DNA of 64,000 nucleotides from Squalus acanthias (Eukaryota), in assembly GCA_030390025.1 (NCBI GenBank), contig CM059431.1, positions 141,114,001 through 141,178,000 of the forward strand, read 5' to 3'. Both the position numbers and the translations under genes were made by a program. Of the stretch, positions 1 to 12,202 are shown piece after piece. How positions within the stretch are numbered: the first letter of the stretch is position 1; the number at the start of each line of letters is the position of its first letter. The notes under the pieces are model-generated. The model was not told where the DNA came from. It did not search any database and was given only the letters and a program-made list of their open reading frames with translations.

Positions 1-671
1 ACAATAGTATAAAACTGCCCGATATAGTGAACAGTAAAATGATGGATTTCCTTCTGTTCTCCAATTCTGGATCCCTCTAATTTTCACTCCCGTGACCCCG
101 GAGTCCCCTGCGGGCTCTGCTGGCCACTAAAATACGTTGAACGGTTAAATAATTAAACAAGGCGATTAAAGTAAAAGGAAGCCAGAGGACCCAGGCGCTG
201 TGAAACCAGACGGATGCTATGACTGGAGGTGAGGTAAAAAAAAGCGACACTTGACCCGCAGCCCCACTGCACCTTACTAATTATTTGCTCAGATTCAAAT
301 GCAAACAAAACGGGGATGTCCTTTAATACAATCAGGACCTTGAACGCTGTTATAACCGCGGCCGCAGTTCTCCCGGTGCAATACTTGTCTTTAAACTTCT
401 GGCAGCAGATAACTACACATCGCTCAAATGTGAAGGAGACGCTGAACCAAACAGACACATCGAGGTTGATAGCAGTGATGTATAGAATTAACTTACACAC
501 GGGAGTGTGGGACAGGAATGAAAGTGGAAAGTGATAACCAAAAATATAATAACTATTACATTGATGATAATGACAAATAGATCTGCTGTTGCCATGGCCA
601 CCATGTAGACAGATATACACTTGGAAAGGCCGCAGTTTTCTCGGTAGAGAATAAAATTGTCAACAAGTTCG
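1..671 (-). pseudogene. GPR139/GPR142-like class A GPCR copy A, exon 2 (disabled; runs off the left edge)
   Basis: Acceptor ctcttacag|CG AAC at 672/671. Pieces in shifting frames: ANLLTI, NCGLSKCISVYMVAMATADL, TVCK-like TPVCKL..SFTFERC, WLPFTLIALFN..RILVASRARRGLR..ENRRKSIILLFTISGSF. Frameshifts near 655, 552 and in the A-run 236-243; in-frame TAG at 77-79. Confidence 0.9.
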
Positions 672-1114
672 CTGTAAGAGAGAGAGAGGAGAGAAATAAT
701 GTTCCAGTGTCTGATTAAAATATATATGGAGAGGCCTGTGGAGAGCATTTTACTCCATTCAATGTGATTATCAACACGGAGCAGTGTGAGAACAGGATTA
801 GTATTGGAGCCATTAACTGGGAAACCCACCCACACATTTTAATGCGCTGCTGCAGCGCTCACTCTGCACAGGGGGACAAGACGGTCCGGAAATCCGGTAA
901 AATCCTTGTGTTGGTGCTTTATAAAGCATTGCAACATCAGTGAGGTTATTGGATTAAGGGAAGCGTGGGAAGTGTGCATAGGAGGTTCACGAGTTGGCTC
1001 CAGTCACTACCGACTATTTAATACTTACATATAGTAAACACGTTACCTGATCTAACAGGCTGAACAGGGTTACAATTAACACCGATTAACAATAAACAGG
1101 TTAGAATGGCTCAC

Positions 1115-1184
1115 CGGAGAAACCGACGGCTGCGAGAATCGGGTAGTAAATCTCTTTGATCAGCAGAATAGTTGAGTGACCCAT
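1115..1184 (-). pseudogene. GPCR copy A, exon 1 (70 nt, MGHSTILLIKEIYYPILAAVGFS, phase-1 donor)
   Basis: ATG at 1184, donor G|gtgag at 1115/1114; same length and phase as exon 1 of copies B and C; 443-nt intron 672-1114. Confidence 0.9.
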
Positions 1185-1256
1185 TTTCTGTGAGAATGGA
1201 TGAATTATGTGTCGGAGCTGAAAGACTCTGACTGGCGCACGGCTGAGGCAATGGCA

Positions 1257-1334
1257 GGGAACCTATATTTATCCACAAAACAGTCCTGCAGGGAGTCAAT
1301 CAGGTTAAATCATAATTAGCGTTAGTTACAATCA
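1257..1334 (-). promoter_or_regulatory. Putative proximal promoter of GPCR copy A
   Basis: 21 bp (tgtggataaatataggttccc) identical to 55283-55303 of copy C; TGATTGTAACTAACGC motif 150 nt upstream of ATG has counterparts in B and C. Function inferred. Confidence 0.45.
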
Positions 1335-1599
1335 TTTTACCAATATACTCAGGTAAATTGATTTTTTTCTGATACGTCAGATTAAAGAAATAGTTGAAGT
1401 TGTTAATGGAAAATTTAATAAAAAAACAAAATTAAAGCATTCTTTACAATCCGAGATTTGAAACTCCCACTGCTGCTGCTGCCTCTATTACTACAGGAGC
1501 ATTGAAGGCAGCTCCCCTAGCATTACACGTCCTGACCCTCTGCTTGACTCAGTTTTATTGCTCAAACTAATCCAGAACAGGCGGTTTTCGTGATGACCA

Positions 1600-2530
1600 C
1601 AGTCATGCAGCATTAAAGGTAACCGTGTTCCTCTGGCAGTTGTAGTAAACCTACACTTCCACTAGAGGTGAGAGTGTTCCTTCTGTGCTTGTGAAAGCCT
1701 TACACTTAAACTGGAGGCGCCCGTGCTTCTCCGTTAATAAAAGTAGCCCCTACACTTACACTGGAGATGAGGGTGCTCCTTCAATGCTAGTGGTGAACTA
1801 CACTGATACTCGAGGTGACCTTTCCCCTCAGGTGCTAGCGATACCCCTGCAAATAGACTAGTGCTGGACGTAAACGTTCTGTTAAAGTAGTTCCCCACAC
1901 TTACACCAGCAGTGCTCCTGCTTCTACTGTACGAGTGGTACCCCTACATATACTATAGTGTTGACCGTGCGCCAGCAGTAGTAGTGGTAACCCCACACTT
2001 ACAATGGTACTGATAGTGCTCTTCTAGTATTAGTGGTAACCTGCAATTACACACGAGCTGACCGTCCTCGACTGGTACTAGTGTTACCGCTACACATACA
2101 CTAGAGGTGGCCATGCTCCTCCTGTACTATTGTTAATCCTATACTTATATTAGAGGTGAACACGCTCCTCCCTGTCTAGTGGTACCCTACACTTATACTA
2201 GGTGTGACCATGTTTCCCGATACTAGTGGTACTCACACACTTGCACTGATACTGACATTTTTCTTCTGGTATTAGTGGCAGCGTACATTTACACAAGAGC
2301 TGACCGTCCTCCTCCTGTACTAGCAGTACCCCTCCACTAACATTAATGTTGAACGTGGTCGTACGCTATTCGTGGTCCCCTACACTTAAACCAGCGGTGA
2401 TCCTGCTTTTAAGGTACTTGTCGTAAACCGAAACATACATTAGATGTGACCGTGCTCCTCTGGTAATAGGGTGCCTACCGTTACACTAGAGGTGACAATG
2501 CTCTTCCTCTGCTATTGATGATTATATTCC
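1600..2530 (-). repeat. Degenerate 47-49 bp minisatellite, reverse-complement of arrays at 50660-51800 and 53510-54930
   Basis: Recurring ccctacacttacactagaggtgaccgtgctcctcctgtactagtggta-like units. Confidence 0.85.
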
Positions 2531-2704
2531 TATTGGAGGCCCCACTCTTGTTGCACTGACGGAGACCAATCTACTGCACGACTGGCGATGAATCTGCTTT
2601 TGCAGCATTGGTGTTATACCAAGTACTCTAACACAAGGACTGACCAGTTTTGCAGCAGCAGTGATAGACCTACTGCTGGGATACAATAAAGAATATAAGA
2701 ATAT

Positions 2705-3070
2705 CAGAAATTATGAGGGGCCTAGATAGAGTGCACAGCAAGGGCCTATTTCATTTAGCAGAGAGGTCAATAACCAGAAGGCTTAGTTTTTAATAAAGTG
2801 GTAGAAGGATTTGACGGGAGATGATGATAACTGTTTCCACCCAGAGGTCCGTTGGGGCCTGGAATTCACTGTCTGAAATGGTGGTAGAGGTAGAAACCCT
2901 CATGGCATTTATAACGTATTGAATATGGACTTGAAGTGCTGTAACCTACAGGCTGCGGCCCAACAGTTCGAAAATGGGGTGAGGCAGGCAGACTCTTTCT
3001 CGGCCGGCACAGACACGGTGGGTCGAATGGCCTCCTTCTCTGCCGTACATTTCTAAGATTCTATGATTCT
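2705..3070 (+). mobile_element. CR1-type LINE 3' fragment
   Basis: Degenerate RT C-terminal region and 3' UTR ending gaatggcctccttctctg..ttctatgattctat. Confidence 0.7.
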
Positions 3071-4380
3071 ATTCGGCCTTTCGAGCCTGCTCCTCTATTC
3101 AATAAGATCATGGATCATCTTATACCTCAACTCCAGCTGCCCGCGCTATCCCCATATCCCTTGGTTCACTGATTATCCAAACATCTATCGATCTCTGTGT
3201 TCAAAATAGTCAAGGAATGAGCATCGACAGCCCTCTAGGGTAGCGAATTACGAAGTTTCACAGCCCTTTGAGTGAAGAAATGTCTCTACATTTCAGTCCT
3301 AAATGGCCGACCCCTTATTCTGAGATTGTAACCCTAGTTGTAGATTCCCCGGCCAGGAGAAACATCCTTCCTGCATCTACCCTGTCAAGCCCCTCAATAA
3401 TTGTATACGTTTCAATGAGAACACCTTTCATTCTTCTAAACTCTTGGGATTATAGGCCTAGTCTACTCAGTCTCTCCTCATAGGCAATCCCCTCATCCCA
3501 GGAATCAGTCTAGCGAAACTTTGTTGCACTCCCTCTATTGCAAGTTTATCCTTCCTTAGATAATGAGACCAAAACTGTACACGATGCTCCAGTTGTGGTC
3601 TCGCCAGGGCCCTACATAATTGCAGTAAGACTTCTACAATTATGCTCCAATCCTTTTGTAATGAAGGCTGACAGACCATTTCCTTTACTAATTGCTTGCT
3701 GCACCTTCATGTTAACTTTCCGTGATTTGTGTGCAAGGACACCCAGTTCCCTCTGATTACCAACATTTCCCAATCTCTCACTATTTAAAAAATACCCTGC
3801 TTTTCTATTTTTCCTACCAAAGTGAACAACTTCACATTTCTCCACAGTGGATTCCAGCTGCCTTGCGCTTACCCACTCACTTAACCTGAATATATCCACT
3901 TGCAGCCTCTTTGCATCCTCGTCACAACTTGCCTTCCCACCTAGCTTTGTATCATCAGCAAACCTGGATACATTACACTCGTGCCCTCATCGAAGCCATT
4001 GACATAGATTGTAAAAGCTGCGGCCCAAGCACTGATCCTTGCATTACCCCACTATTTACAGCCTGCAAAACTTTAAATAACCTGTTTATTCCTTCTGTCT
4101 ATTTTCTGTCCGATAACCAATCCTCAATCCATGCTAATATATTGCCCACAGCCCTTATCTTGCATAGCAACCTTTTATGTGGCAACCGATCGAATACATT
4201 TTGGAAAACCAAATATACTACCTCCACTGTTTCCCCCTTATCTACCCTGCGAGTTACAACCTCAAGCAATTCTATTAGATTTGTCAAACATGATTTCCCT
4301 TTCATAAATCCGTGTTGACACTGCCCAATCATATTTTGATTTTCTAAGTGCCCTGTTACCAATTCCCTAATAATAGATTA

Positions 4381-4514
4381 CAAAACCAAAAAACTGCAGT
4401 TGCTGGAAATCTGAAATAAAAACAGAAAATGCTGGAAATACTCAACAGGTCAGGCAGCATCTATGGAGAGAGAAACAAAGTTAACGTTTCAGGTCGATGA
4501 CCCTTCGTCAGAAC
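4381..4514 (-). mobile_element. Penelope-like element 3' terminal fragment with hammerhead motif
   Basis: Reverse complement closely matches 19916-20045; flanked by imperfect duplication attccctaataatagatt / attccaaataaagatt. Confidence 0.75.
4480..4514 (-). ncRNA. Minimal type I hammerhead ribozyme motif (Penelope-associated)
   Basis: Minus strand: gtt CTGACGA A GGGTC atc GACCT GAAA CGTT aac. Confidence 0.55.
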
Positions 4515-4804
4515 ATATTCCAAATAAAGATTCCTTCATTAGCATTTTCACTACTACTGATATCAGGCGAACTGGCCTGTACTGCTCAATATTCTCTCTT
4601 CCTATTTCTTGAATAGCAGGATTACTGTTGAAACTTTCCAATCGGTGGGGAGCGTTATTGAATCTAAGAAATTCTGGAAGAGCAAAACCAAGGCATCCAC
4701 TATCTCTGCAGCAACTTCTTTTAAAACCCTAGATTGTAGGCCATCAGGTCCCGGGTATTGTCGGCTTTTCATCCCATTAATTTCTCCAGTCTATTCCTTT
4801 ACTC

Positions 4805-5100
4805 AGGGAACGGTAGCGGAGTGGTAATGTCACTGGGCAATAATCCCGAGACATGAATTCAAATCCCACCCAGACAGCTGGGGAATTTAAATTTACTTAA
4901 TTAAATACATCTGGAATGAGTAGTAGTAATGGTCGCTATCGTTTGTCATAAAAACTCATCTGGTTCACTAATGTTCTTTAGGGAAGGAAATCTGCCGTCC
5001 TTACCTGGTCTGGCCCAGACCCACAGTCATGTGGCTGCCTTTTAACTGCCCTCTGAAATGGCCGAGCAAGCCATTCAAACCGCTACGAAAAACAATAAAA
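4805..5100 (+). mobile_element. tRNA-like-headed SINE or LINE 5' fragment
   Basis: Head ggtagcggagtggtaatgtcactgg..ttcaaatcccacc (A/B-box-like); body similar to reverse complement of 16925-17342. Confidence 0.6.
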
Positions 5101-5431
5101 AGGAAGTCCTTAAAGGGACTGTGGAGGCCGCCCAGAGAAGGTAAACTAAACAGTTTTGGACTTGGCAGATGTTGCAAGATTGGACCTGGGCTCACCCTCT
5201 CAACTTTTGCCTCCCTCCCTTCCCCAAGGGCTGGCTCGCTGTCGGTGCCAGCCGAATTTCGACAAACCAGCTGCATCAGACGATTGGCGTCTGAAGCTCG
5301 CGGATTTTAAGTGGAGAAAGCCGAAGGCCCAATTTTCAGTGAGTTTCTGCCTCACGTCTTTGAGTGCATGTTCAACTTGTGCAAGACACTTGGCAATCCT
5401 TTCCAGCACTAGACCAAGTTCTTCCCCAGAG

Positions 5432-5970
5432 CCCAAGGCGCTTCACAGGAGCGATTATCAAACACAATTTGACACCAAGCCACATATGCAGATATTAGGA
5501 CAGGTGACCAAAGGGTTAGTCAAAGTGATAGGTTTTAAGCAGCGCCTTTGTGGAGGAGAGAGAGAGAGAGGTAGAGAGCGGTACAGGTTTATGGAAGTTT
5601 TACCAGTGTTTAGGGCCTCTGCAGCTGAAGGAACAGCCGTCAATGGTGCAGCGATAAAAATCGGGGATGCGCAAGTGGGCAGAATTGGAGGAGCCAAATA
5701 TCTCGGATGGTTGTTGGGTTGGAGTAGGTTACAGAGATAGAGAGTGTGAGGCCATGGAGGGTTTTGAAAACATGGATGAGATTTTAAAATTGGTGTGTTG
5801 CAGGAGAGGAGGCAATGTAGTTCAGTATATTGAGGGGTTGATGTGTGAACGGGACATGGTGCAAGTTAGAATACAGGCAGCGGAAGTTTACCGAGGGTGC
5901 AAGGTGGAAGGCCGGCCAGGAGACCATTGGAATAGTCGAATCTTGATGTAACAAAAGCATGGCTGAGGGA
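5432..5970 (-). mobile_element. L2-type LINE 3' fragment
   Basis: Reverse complement resembles 47340-47900 and 52400-52900 (ttttaaaat..ctcatc, tcctgtgaagcgccttggg tail). Confidence 0.7.
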
Positions 5971-6010
5971 TTGAACACCTCTTTTAGGCCCCTAGAGCAA
6001 GCTGAAAAAC

Positions 6011-6760
6011 TAATGGCCCAAAAATTAGTGAGGGCGCCTTCGTGCGAGGGTAAGGCTTCCCCGCGATCTCTCACTGCGCGCTGGCTATTTCATTCCCAGC
6101 TCGCACGAACTTGATGTTCTGGACAGCAGCTGTGCAGGGCTTCCGTATCCCACAGGCGCAGTTAATTCTTGCGAGCTGTGGGATCACGTGACTCAGTTAG
6201 AGCCAATGGCAGCACACCATCTTTCATTCATAGCTTTCACAAAAGTGCTGTGAAAGCTATGAATCTATACCCCCCAAAAGAACAGCTAAACCTCAATTAA
6301 ATTTATTAAAAAAAACCTTACATTCATAAAATAAGTATAGTTAAATAAATTAACCATTTTAAACAAAAAATTAAATTTAAAAAAAAATTTAAAATCTTTT
6401 AAAAAGTTATAAAAATAAACTTACCTTTCTTTAAAGTCTCTAAAAAAGATGTACTTGTTGAAAAAAATTCAAAATAATACTTAATTAACTACTTACCTTG
6501 TTAAAAGAGGGTCTTACGCCTCCTTTCTTTATGTGCAAAATCTTCCATACTTACCTGCGCGTTCAAAGCAATAAGTGCACTGCGTGCGCGCAGCTTGTAG
6601 CGCGCACGCGGTTCACCTAGGAACCGCCCCCTTTTGAAATCACCACGTGCCGGTTTTCAGCGCATGCGCAGTGCATGCAGAAAACCGGCAATTGGCGACA
6701 GAATACGCGAGAGTGCACAGTGCGTACTCTCGCGTAGCAAAACTATTTTTTGGGCCATTA
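6011..6760. mobile_element. MITE / non-autonomous DNA transposon
   Basis: Terminal inverted repeats taatggcccaaaaattagt / actattttttgggccatta; CpG-rich arms around an AT-rich core. Confidence 0.7.
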
Positions 6761-8361
6761 CAAATAAACAGAAATAGGTCTGTGCAACTGAAAGATGCGC
6801 GGTCAGTCTAAAAATTACTGTTTGCGATATTTACAGATTAAATCGTAATATTTAGAATGGAATCCCTCCGTACAATTGTAGTGGTGGTTTTGACCTTTCT
6901 ATCCTGAATGACAGGCGAAGTTGCTTGAAATGAGTGAGTTACTGATTCCGATACCAACAAAAACAGGGCTAATGTTAATCTTCTTTCAATGGAGAGTAAA
7001 AACGGGTGGAGTTTCAAACGAGCGGAAGCCCAGAACCCGCACGTTTACAGTCCGACCGGTTTAGTTAAATTACCTCTCTTGGGTCTTATCAAATACTTTC
7101 ATGACACGCCCGTGCCATGTTGCTCCTTGTGAATAGCTTAGTTGACTCGCTGGGAGATTCCTACCAAATTACCCAGCACCGTTCCAATTCCACAACCTGC
7201 CTGAAGAGCCCAATCATTTCCCTGTAGATTCCGGTGTCTCTGTGAGCTGGAGGTCACCGCATGTGATCTTAGAGGAAGAATGCAACCGGTGACATTCCTG
7301 TTCTTTAGAGGAGGTGTTCACCAATTTAAAAGGAAATAACATTTTCCAATCAGGCGTCTACTGAGTGCAAGGCCTCTCCCCAGGCTTTCAGTCTAGAATC
7401 GGAAATCCGCTACAATTCCTTATAATCCGTGACAGATCCGTGAAATTGGATACAGGGATATGGGCACAACAGGTGCATCAGCTAACGTCTGCATTTCCTA
7501 TTCCATAGATCAGTCCGTTTAAGCAGCTGATTGCTACGGGGCACAGAGTAGGAATGTCGCAGGTTCTAGACTGGCGTAGCATTCGTTGGGCGGGGGAACA
7601 GGAAAATTATTACCGCTCTTGCATGCAATTTTAACCTTACCTGACAGTCGGGAAACTGATGAAATCGGGTGAACGCGGATTTTGTACCACCTCCTGCTTT
7701 TATTCAAATTGAAGTCAACGTACAAAAATGTAGAGGGGGCGGGGGTGGGGAGGATGTAAAACTGGCTTTCCACCCGATCCTGTCAGTTTCCCTCCCGGCC
7801 TGTTATGTTAAAATTACTCCAGTGCGAGGGGTGTAAGTGTGTGGGAGGGGGGGGGGGGCGGGGGGCGGGGCTGGAGTCCAGGACCAGGTATGAGTGATCA
7901 CTCTCCGGACAGGCTGAGAAATGTACAGTTGACACCCAACCGATTGCCCGACTGATCGCCGCCACCAACAAGTAATGAAGCTGATCAGAGGTGAAAAGTG
8001 AGGCGGGGGGAATTACAGGAGGTGTAGAAAGAAAATAAGTTGGTCTTAGGTCAAAAAATAAAAGAGCAGTAATTAGTTTATTTCAATCGTTTAAGCAACA
8101 CATTCATTACTGCATCAAAGATCAGCAAGGTTGTTCACTACAGAAAGAACAACGAATCAGAGCTGGAATCTGTTGTATTATAGGGTGATTTTCCCAATCT
8201 AATCCGTTGTGACAGGTCTCAAATTTCTCTTTATTCTATTCATTTATGAGCTGGTTTTTGAGGAAATGCTCTTAGCTTCACACGTGTTGTTCGATAGAAA
8301 AAATGACGTCATGCATGAACTGGATTGTGACGCCACTGCAGCAAATAGTCTTCTTGCTAAT

Positions 8362-9900
8362 CATAGAATCACGAATGATACAGCACAGAAAGAGGCCATT
8401 CGGCCCATCGCGCCTATGCCGACTTCCTGAAAGAACGATCCAATTACACCCACTGCCCTGCTCATTCCCCATAGCCCTGCAATTTTTCCGCTTTAATTTT
8501 ATATGCACTTACTTTTTGAAAGTTAATTTTGAATCTGCTTCCACCGTCCTTTCAGGCAGTGTGTTCCAGATCATAACAACTCGCTGTGTAAATACATTTC
8601 TCCTCATCTGCCCTCATGCACTTTTGCCAATTACAATGGCCCATAATTTACGGCCACGCATGTACCGCGTTTTCGCGCGAGACGCGCATGCGTGACTATC
8701 CGGATCCTGCGATCTTTCAAAAATTTTCTTGACAGATCCAATACGTTCCCAGGATAAGGGCATCGCGGCCCGAGAGTTGTGCTATTTGTCCAACTTCTGC
8801 CGAGTGAATGCCCGTGAAATTCTCATCCCTGGTAAAACCTGCGTAAGAGATTTAAAAAATGTTAATTTAATATCCAATCATTCATAAATAAAAATAACCT
8901 GCAATAAGGTAAACTTATTTTAGCACCTTTAAAACATTTAAATTTATTTTTCAAAAAACTAAGTTTTTATTTCGAATATTTAATGAAATGGCATTTTAAA
9001 TATATAATGTTGTTTTATTTAGTAATTTGATGTGCAGTTGTATTTTTGGGGTATTCCCATTCATGCTTGTGGGGATTCCGTACAGAAGGAATACCCAAGA
9101 GCATGAATGGTGATTCCTTTATTTTATTGGTTGGGCAAGCTCACGAGATCCCAGGTGCGCTTGAGAATCACGTGCACCCCTAGGATACCTGGGCCTCTAC
9201 CGCGGCAACCCCGAGAGGCGCAGGACCTCGAATCTCCGGACTTCCTGGACCACCAGGTACGCGGGCATTTTATTTGCGAATCGGAGACAATTCCCCGCTG
9301 GAAGCCCCTGACCACAAATTCAGGGCCATTAAATCTGTGTCCTCTGGTTAACTACTCTTCTGTCAGTGGAAATAGCTTTCCGAAATTGATCTATCAAAAC
9401 GCCTCATAATATTGAACACCTCTATTAAATCTCCCCTTATCCTTCCCTGCTTTAAGGAGAATAATCTCAGCTTCTATAGGCTCTTGAAGTAACTGAAACT
9501 GCTCACCTCTGCTAACATTCGAGTAAATCTCGTCTGCATCATCCCCAAGGTTTTGATATCCTTTCTAAAGTGTGGTATGCCGAATTGGGCACAATGCTCC
9601 ACTGGAGGCCTAATCAGTGATTTACAAAGATTGAGCAAAGCTTCCGTCCTTTTGGACACTATGCCTCTTTTTAGAAAGCAATTTATCCCGTATGCTGTTA
9701 ACAGATATATCAGCTTGTCCTGCCACCATCAAAGTTGAGTGTCCCTGAACCCCCCGGTCTCTCGGTCCCTGTACTGCCTTCCAGTACATAAGGTCGCAGA
9801 AATGAATATTTTATAAAGATTCTCCTCGTCCCACGTTCAAAAATACAACTTTTCACACTTCTCTGCATTAAATTTCATCTGTAATGTGTCCCATTGTAAG
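8362..9900 (-). mobile_element. CR1-type LINE 3' part, interrupted by MITE 8635-9330
   Basis: Tail catagaatc..gaggccattcggccc; ORF pieces LIRPPVEHCAQFGIPHFRKD and QMKFNAEKCE. Confidence 0.8.
8635..9330. mobile_element. MITE inserted in CR1
   Basis: TIR aatggcccataattt / aaattcagggccatt; CR1 sequence resumes on both sides. Confidence 0.7.
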
Positions 9901-9945
9901 ATCTCCATTCGTACCATTGAAACACGTTCTATAACGGTGGTGACA

Positions 9946-10020
9946 TCAGACTGTTGTCGGATGGACCGTGATGATTGGTGTTTGAGACATGTTGTCCTGA
10001 TCAGTAGGCTCATGGGAAGG
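9946..10020 (-). pseudogene. MS4A copy 1, putative last coding exon (PSHEPTDQDNMSQTPIITVHPTTV*)
   Basis: Acceptor tccttcccag|, phase 0, ends TGA 9948-9946; P/S/T-rich tail is plausible but not diagnostic. Confidence 0.5.
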
Positions 10021-11035
10021 CTGGGAAGGAATTCATAAAAGTTGGAAAACAGTAAATAAATAAACAAATAAATAAATAAGCAAACATCCAAGCTGAGGTA
10101 AATGCTAATGATTTCCTCCACGTAATGTGTGAAATTCCTCGATAAATGAGAATCGCAGTATACGTTATAATGGGCTTGAAATTACTGTCTATTTAATGGT
10201 GAGGTTAATGGTACTCACTATTATTTATTTGCAAATCAGACAGCTACTTCCAGACAGCACAGATGCGCAGTTCTACTCGAAAACCTGGAGTTGCTGTCCG
10301 AGACCCACCGCTATTCGTCAGGCTGCTCGAGAATGGCATATCGTTGTCTGTCTCCCCATTCAAATGTACTGAGCTGCGTGAATTTCCTGCACTTGCGAGA
10401 TAGAGCGGGACTAATCTCGCCACAGAAAGCTAGGGAATGTCCATATCAGTCAAAGTAGATTTTTTTGAAAGAGTAACAATTTTTAATTGCTGCCAAACAA
10501 CCTCTCCGGCATTGATAATTAATTATTACGAATGCGGAATCTTATTCCTACAGATTTTAGTTGTTGACCGAGATTATTTTAAAAATTTAAAAATGTTAAT
10601 GACTTAGTTTATCTTTCTTTCTGTCTCTATTTACTCTCTCTGAATCCAATCTTCCTGTCCCTTTCTCTTTTTCGGTTTCAATACCCGATTTGACATTGAA
10701 TTCACTATTCTAACTTACAATTCCCACACCAGAATCTGCGTTGTTCGTACTTCATTCCTTCACTATGATTGGTGAAGGAGATACACAGTTGCTTACTCGC
10801 GGCAACGTTTGAATCTCTGACTGCAGCTTCCAGTACAAAAGGTCATCGAAATTAAATGGTCATGGCAAGTCTAACGAATGGCGGACGCCGTTCGTCCGCT
10901 GGCTACTGGAAATCGTGGCGCCAAATTCCTCATTGCAATACCTTTGGGAGGTTAATACCAATTTCTGAATATTTAGAGTCAATATTCAGCAGAGCCAGGA
11001 ATATTGATTGTTAATTTGGTCTTGCAAATACAAAC

Positions 11036-11161
11036 CTTATTGACTTGTATCATTGAATGGCACCAACAATCCTTGCCACCGGAAATGGAAACGACAATTG
11101 ATATCAACATCTCCAATATTGCCAGCAGGTAGAGAACGAGTACGAGACTGAAACGGTATAT
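11036..11161 (-). pseudogene. MS4A copy 1, TM4 exon (IYRFSLVLVLYLLAILEMLISIVVSISGGKDCWCHSMIQVNK)
   Basis: Acceptor gatccacag| at 11162/11161 (alternative tttcag| at 11147), donor AAG|gtttgt; LE-x-x-I and following Cys pair typical of MS4A TM4. Confidence 0.75.
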
Positions 11162-12145
11162 CTGTGGATCAGTGGCAAGAACATGTTCAGGGCAATCAGA
11201 AATAAGACGAATTCTGGCAACGAGAAATGTCGTTCATACAGCGACAGCACAATTCAAGGAGAATCTGAAATCGAAGCTCACAAATTAGCCAATTTTGGGA
11301 CAACGAAAAATATTGGGAGTGTAATTGATTTCGACCAGTAGTGCTAAACGGGCATCGGAAGTCCGTTTTACGCTCCTCCCGATTTTCCTCTACAATTCAA
11401 TTTAATGGAAAAGAAAATATAGTTGGCTTAAAAGAGAAACAGAAGAATTGAGATTTATTTCAATCTAATTTGTAGAAGAAAATGTTTTTATATGTTGGAT
11501 TCTGCAGTGCAATTTGAATAGTGGGAAACTGCACTGATCAGGGGTAGAGTCTAAAGAACAGATAATGAAATCCCGGCTAGACAGTCATTAGGAACACAGG
11601 AACATAGGAACAGGAGTAGTTCATTCAGCCCCTCGAAACTGTTCCGCCATTCAGTTAGATTATTTCTGATCTCTAGCATAATTCCATCTAGCCGCCTTGG
11701 TTCCGAATAGCGTTAATACTCTTGCCTAGTAAAGGTGCAACGAGAGCAATTGTTTGGAATTACAACTGGGCCTAGTGGGTAAAACACATTGGTGTAGATG
11801 TTAAAAAAGGCTGCCGATTCGTTTTCCTACCAACGAAGTCCAATTTAATCCCAGTGAGTGTAAAACAGTCAATATAGTTTAAGAAATCAATAGAATTAAA
11901 TATCGGGCCGGCCGTCTAACGGGCGACCGATGCACTACCGCTTGTGTTACCGCCCTGCAATTTTCCAATTTCATCCCCAAGAACTACCCAATTATACGGC
12001 TTACCACATATCTAAACAATCCCAGTTAAAGGTTACTTTGTGAATATGTCAATAATCAGCTCAGCAAACAGAATGTCAAATTAGAGCAGTATTCCGTGCA
12101 ATGGACTGTTTTGTTTAAATGGAGAGTCATTGTGGAGATACTTAC

Positions 12146-12202
12146 AAGGCCTGTAGATGATGTCTTTCCCACAATGCACCACAGGCTCCCAGAAAGTATA
12201 AA
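12146..12202 (-). pseudogene. MS4A copy 1, 57-nt exon (FILSGSLWCIVGKTSSTGL)
   Basis: tttcccag| ... |gtaagt, phase 0/0; matches the short F/Y-I-I-S-G-S-L exon of MS4A genes. Confidence 0.9.

Larger units (their letters stand above)
3071..4790 (-). mobile_element. CR1-type LINE, degenerate RT region
   Basis: ORF pieces QHGFMKGKSCLTNLIE..VYLVFQNVFDRLPHKRL, KCEVVHFGRKN, RPQLEHRVQFWSHYLRKD, homologous to the 28603-30615 protein; interrupted at 4381-4514. Confidence 0.9.

Noticed and set aside
11490..11550. ttctttag|TLPLISAVS.. as the missing MS4A TM3 exon
   Set aside because: Not hydrophobic afterwards, hits TAA after 20 codons and has no donor.
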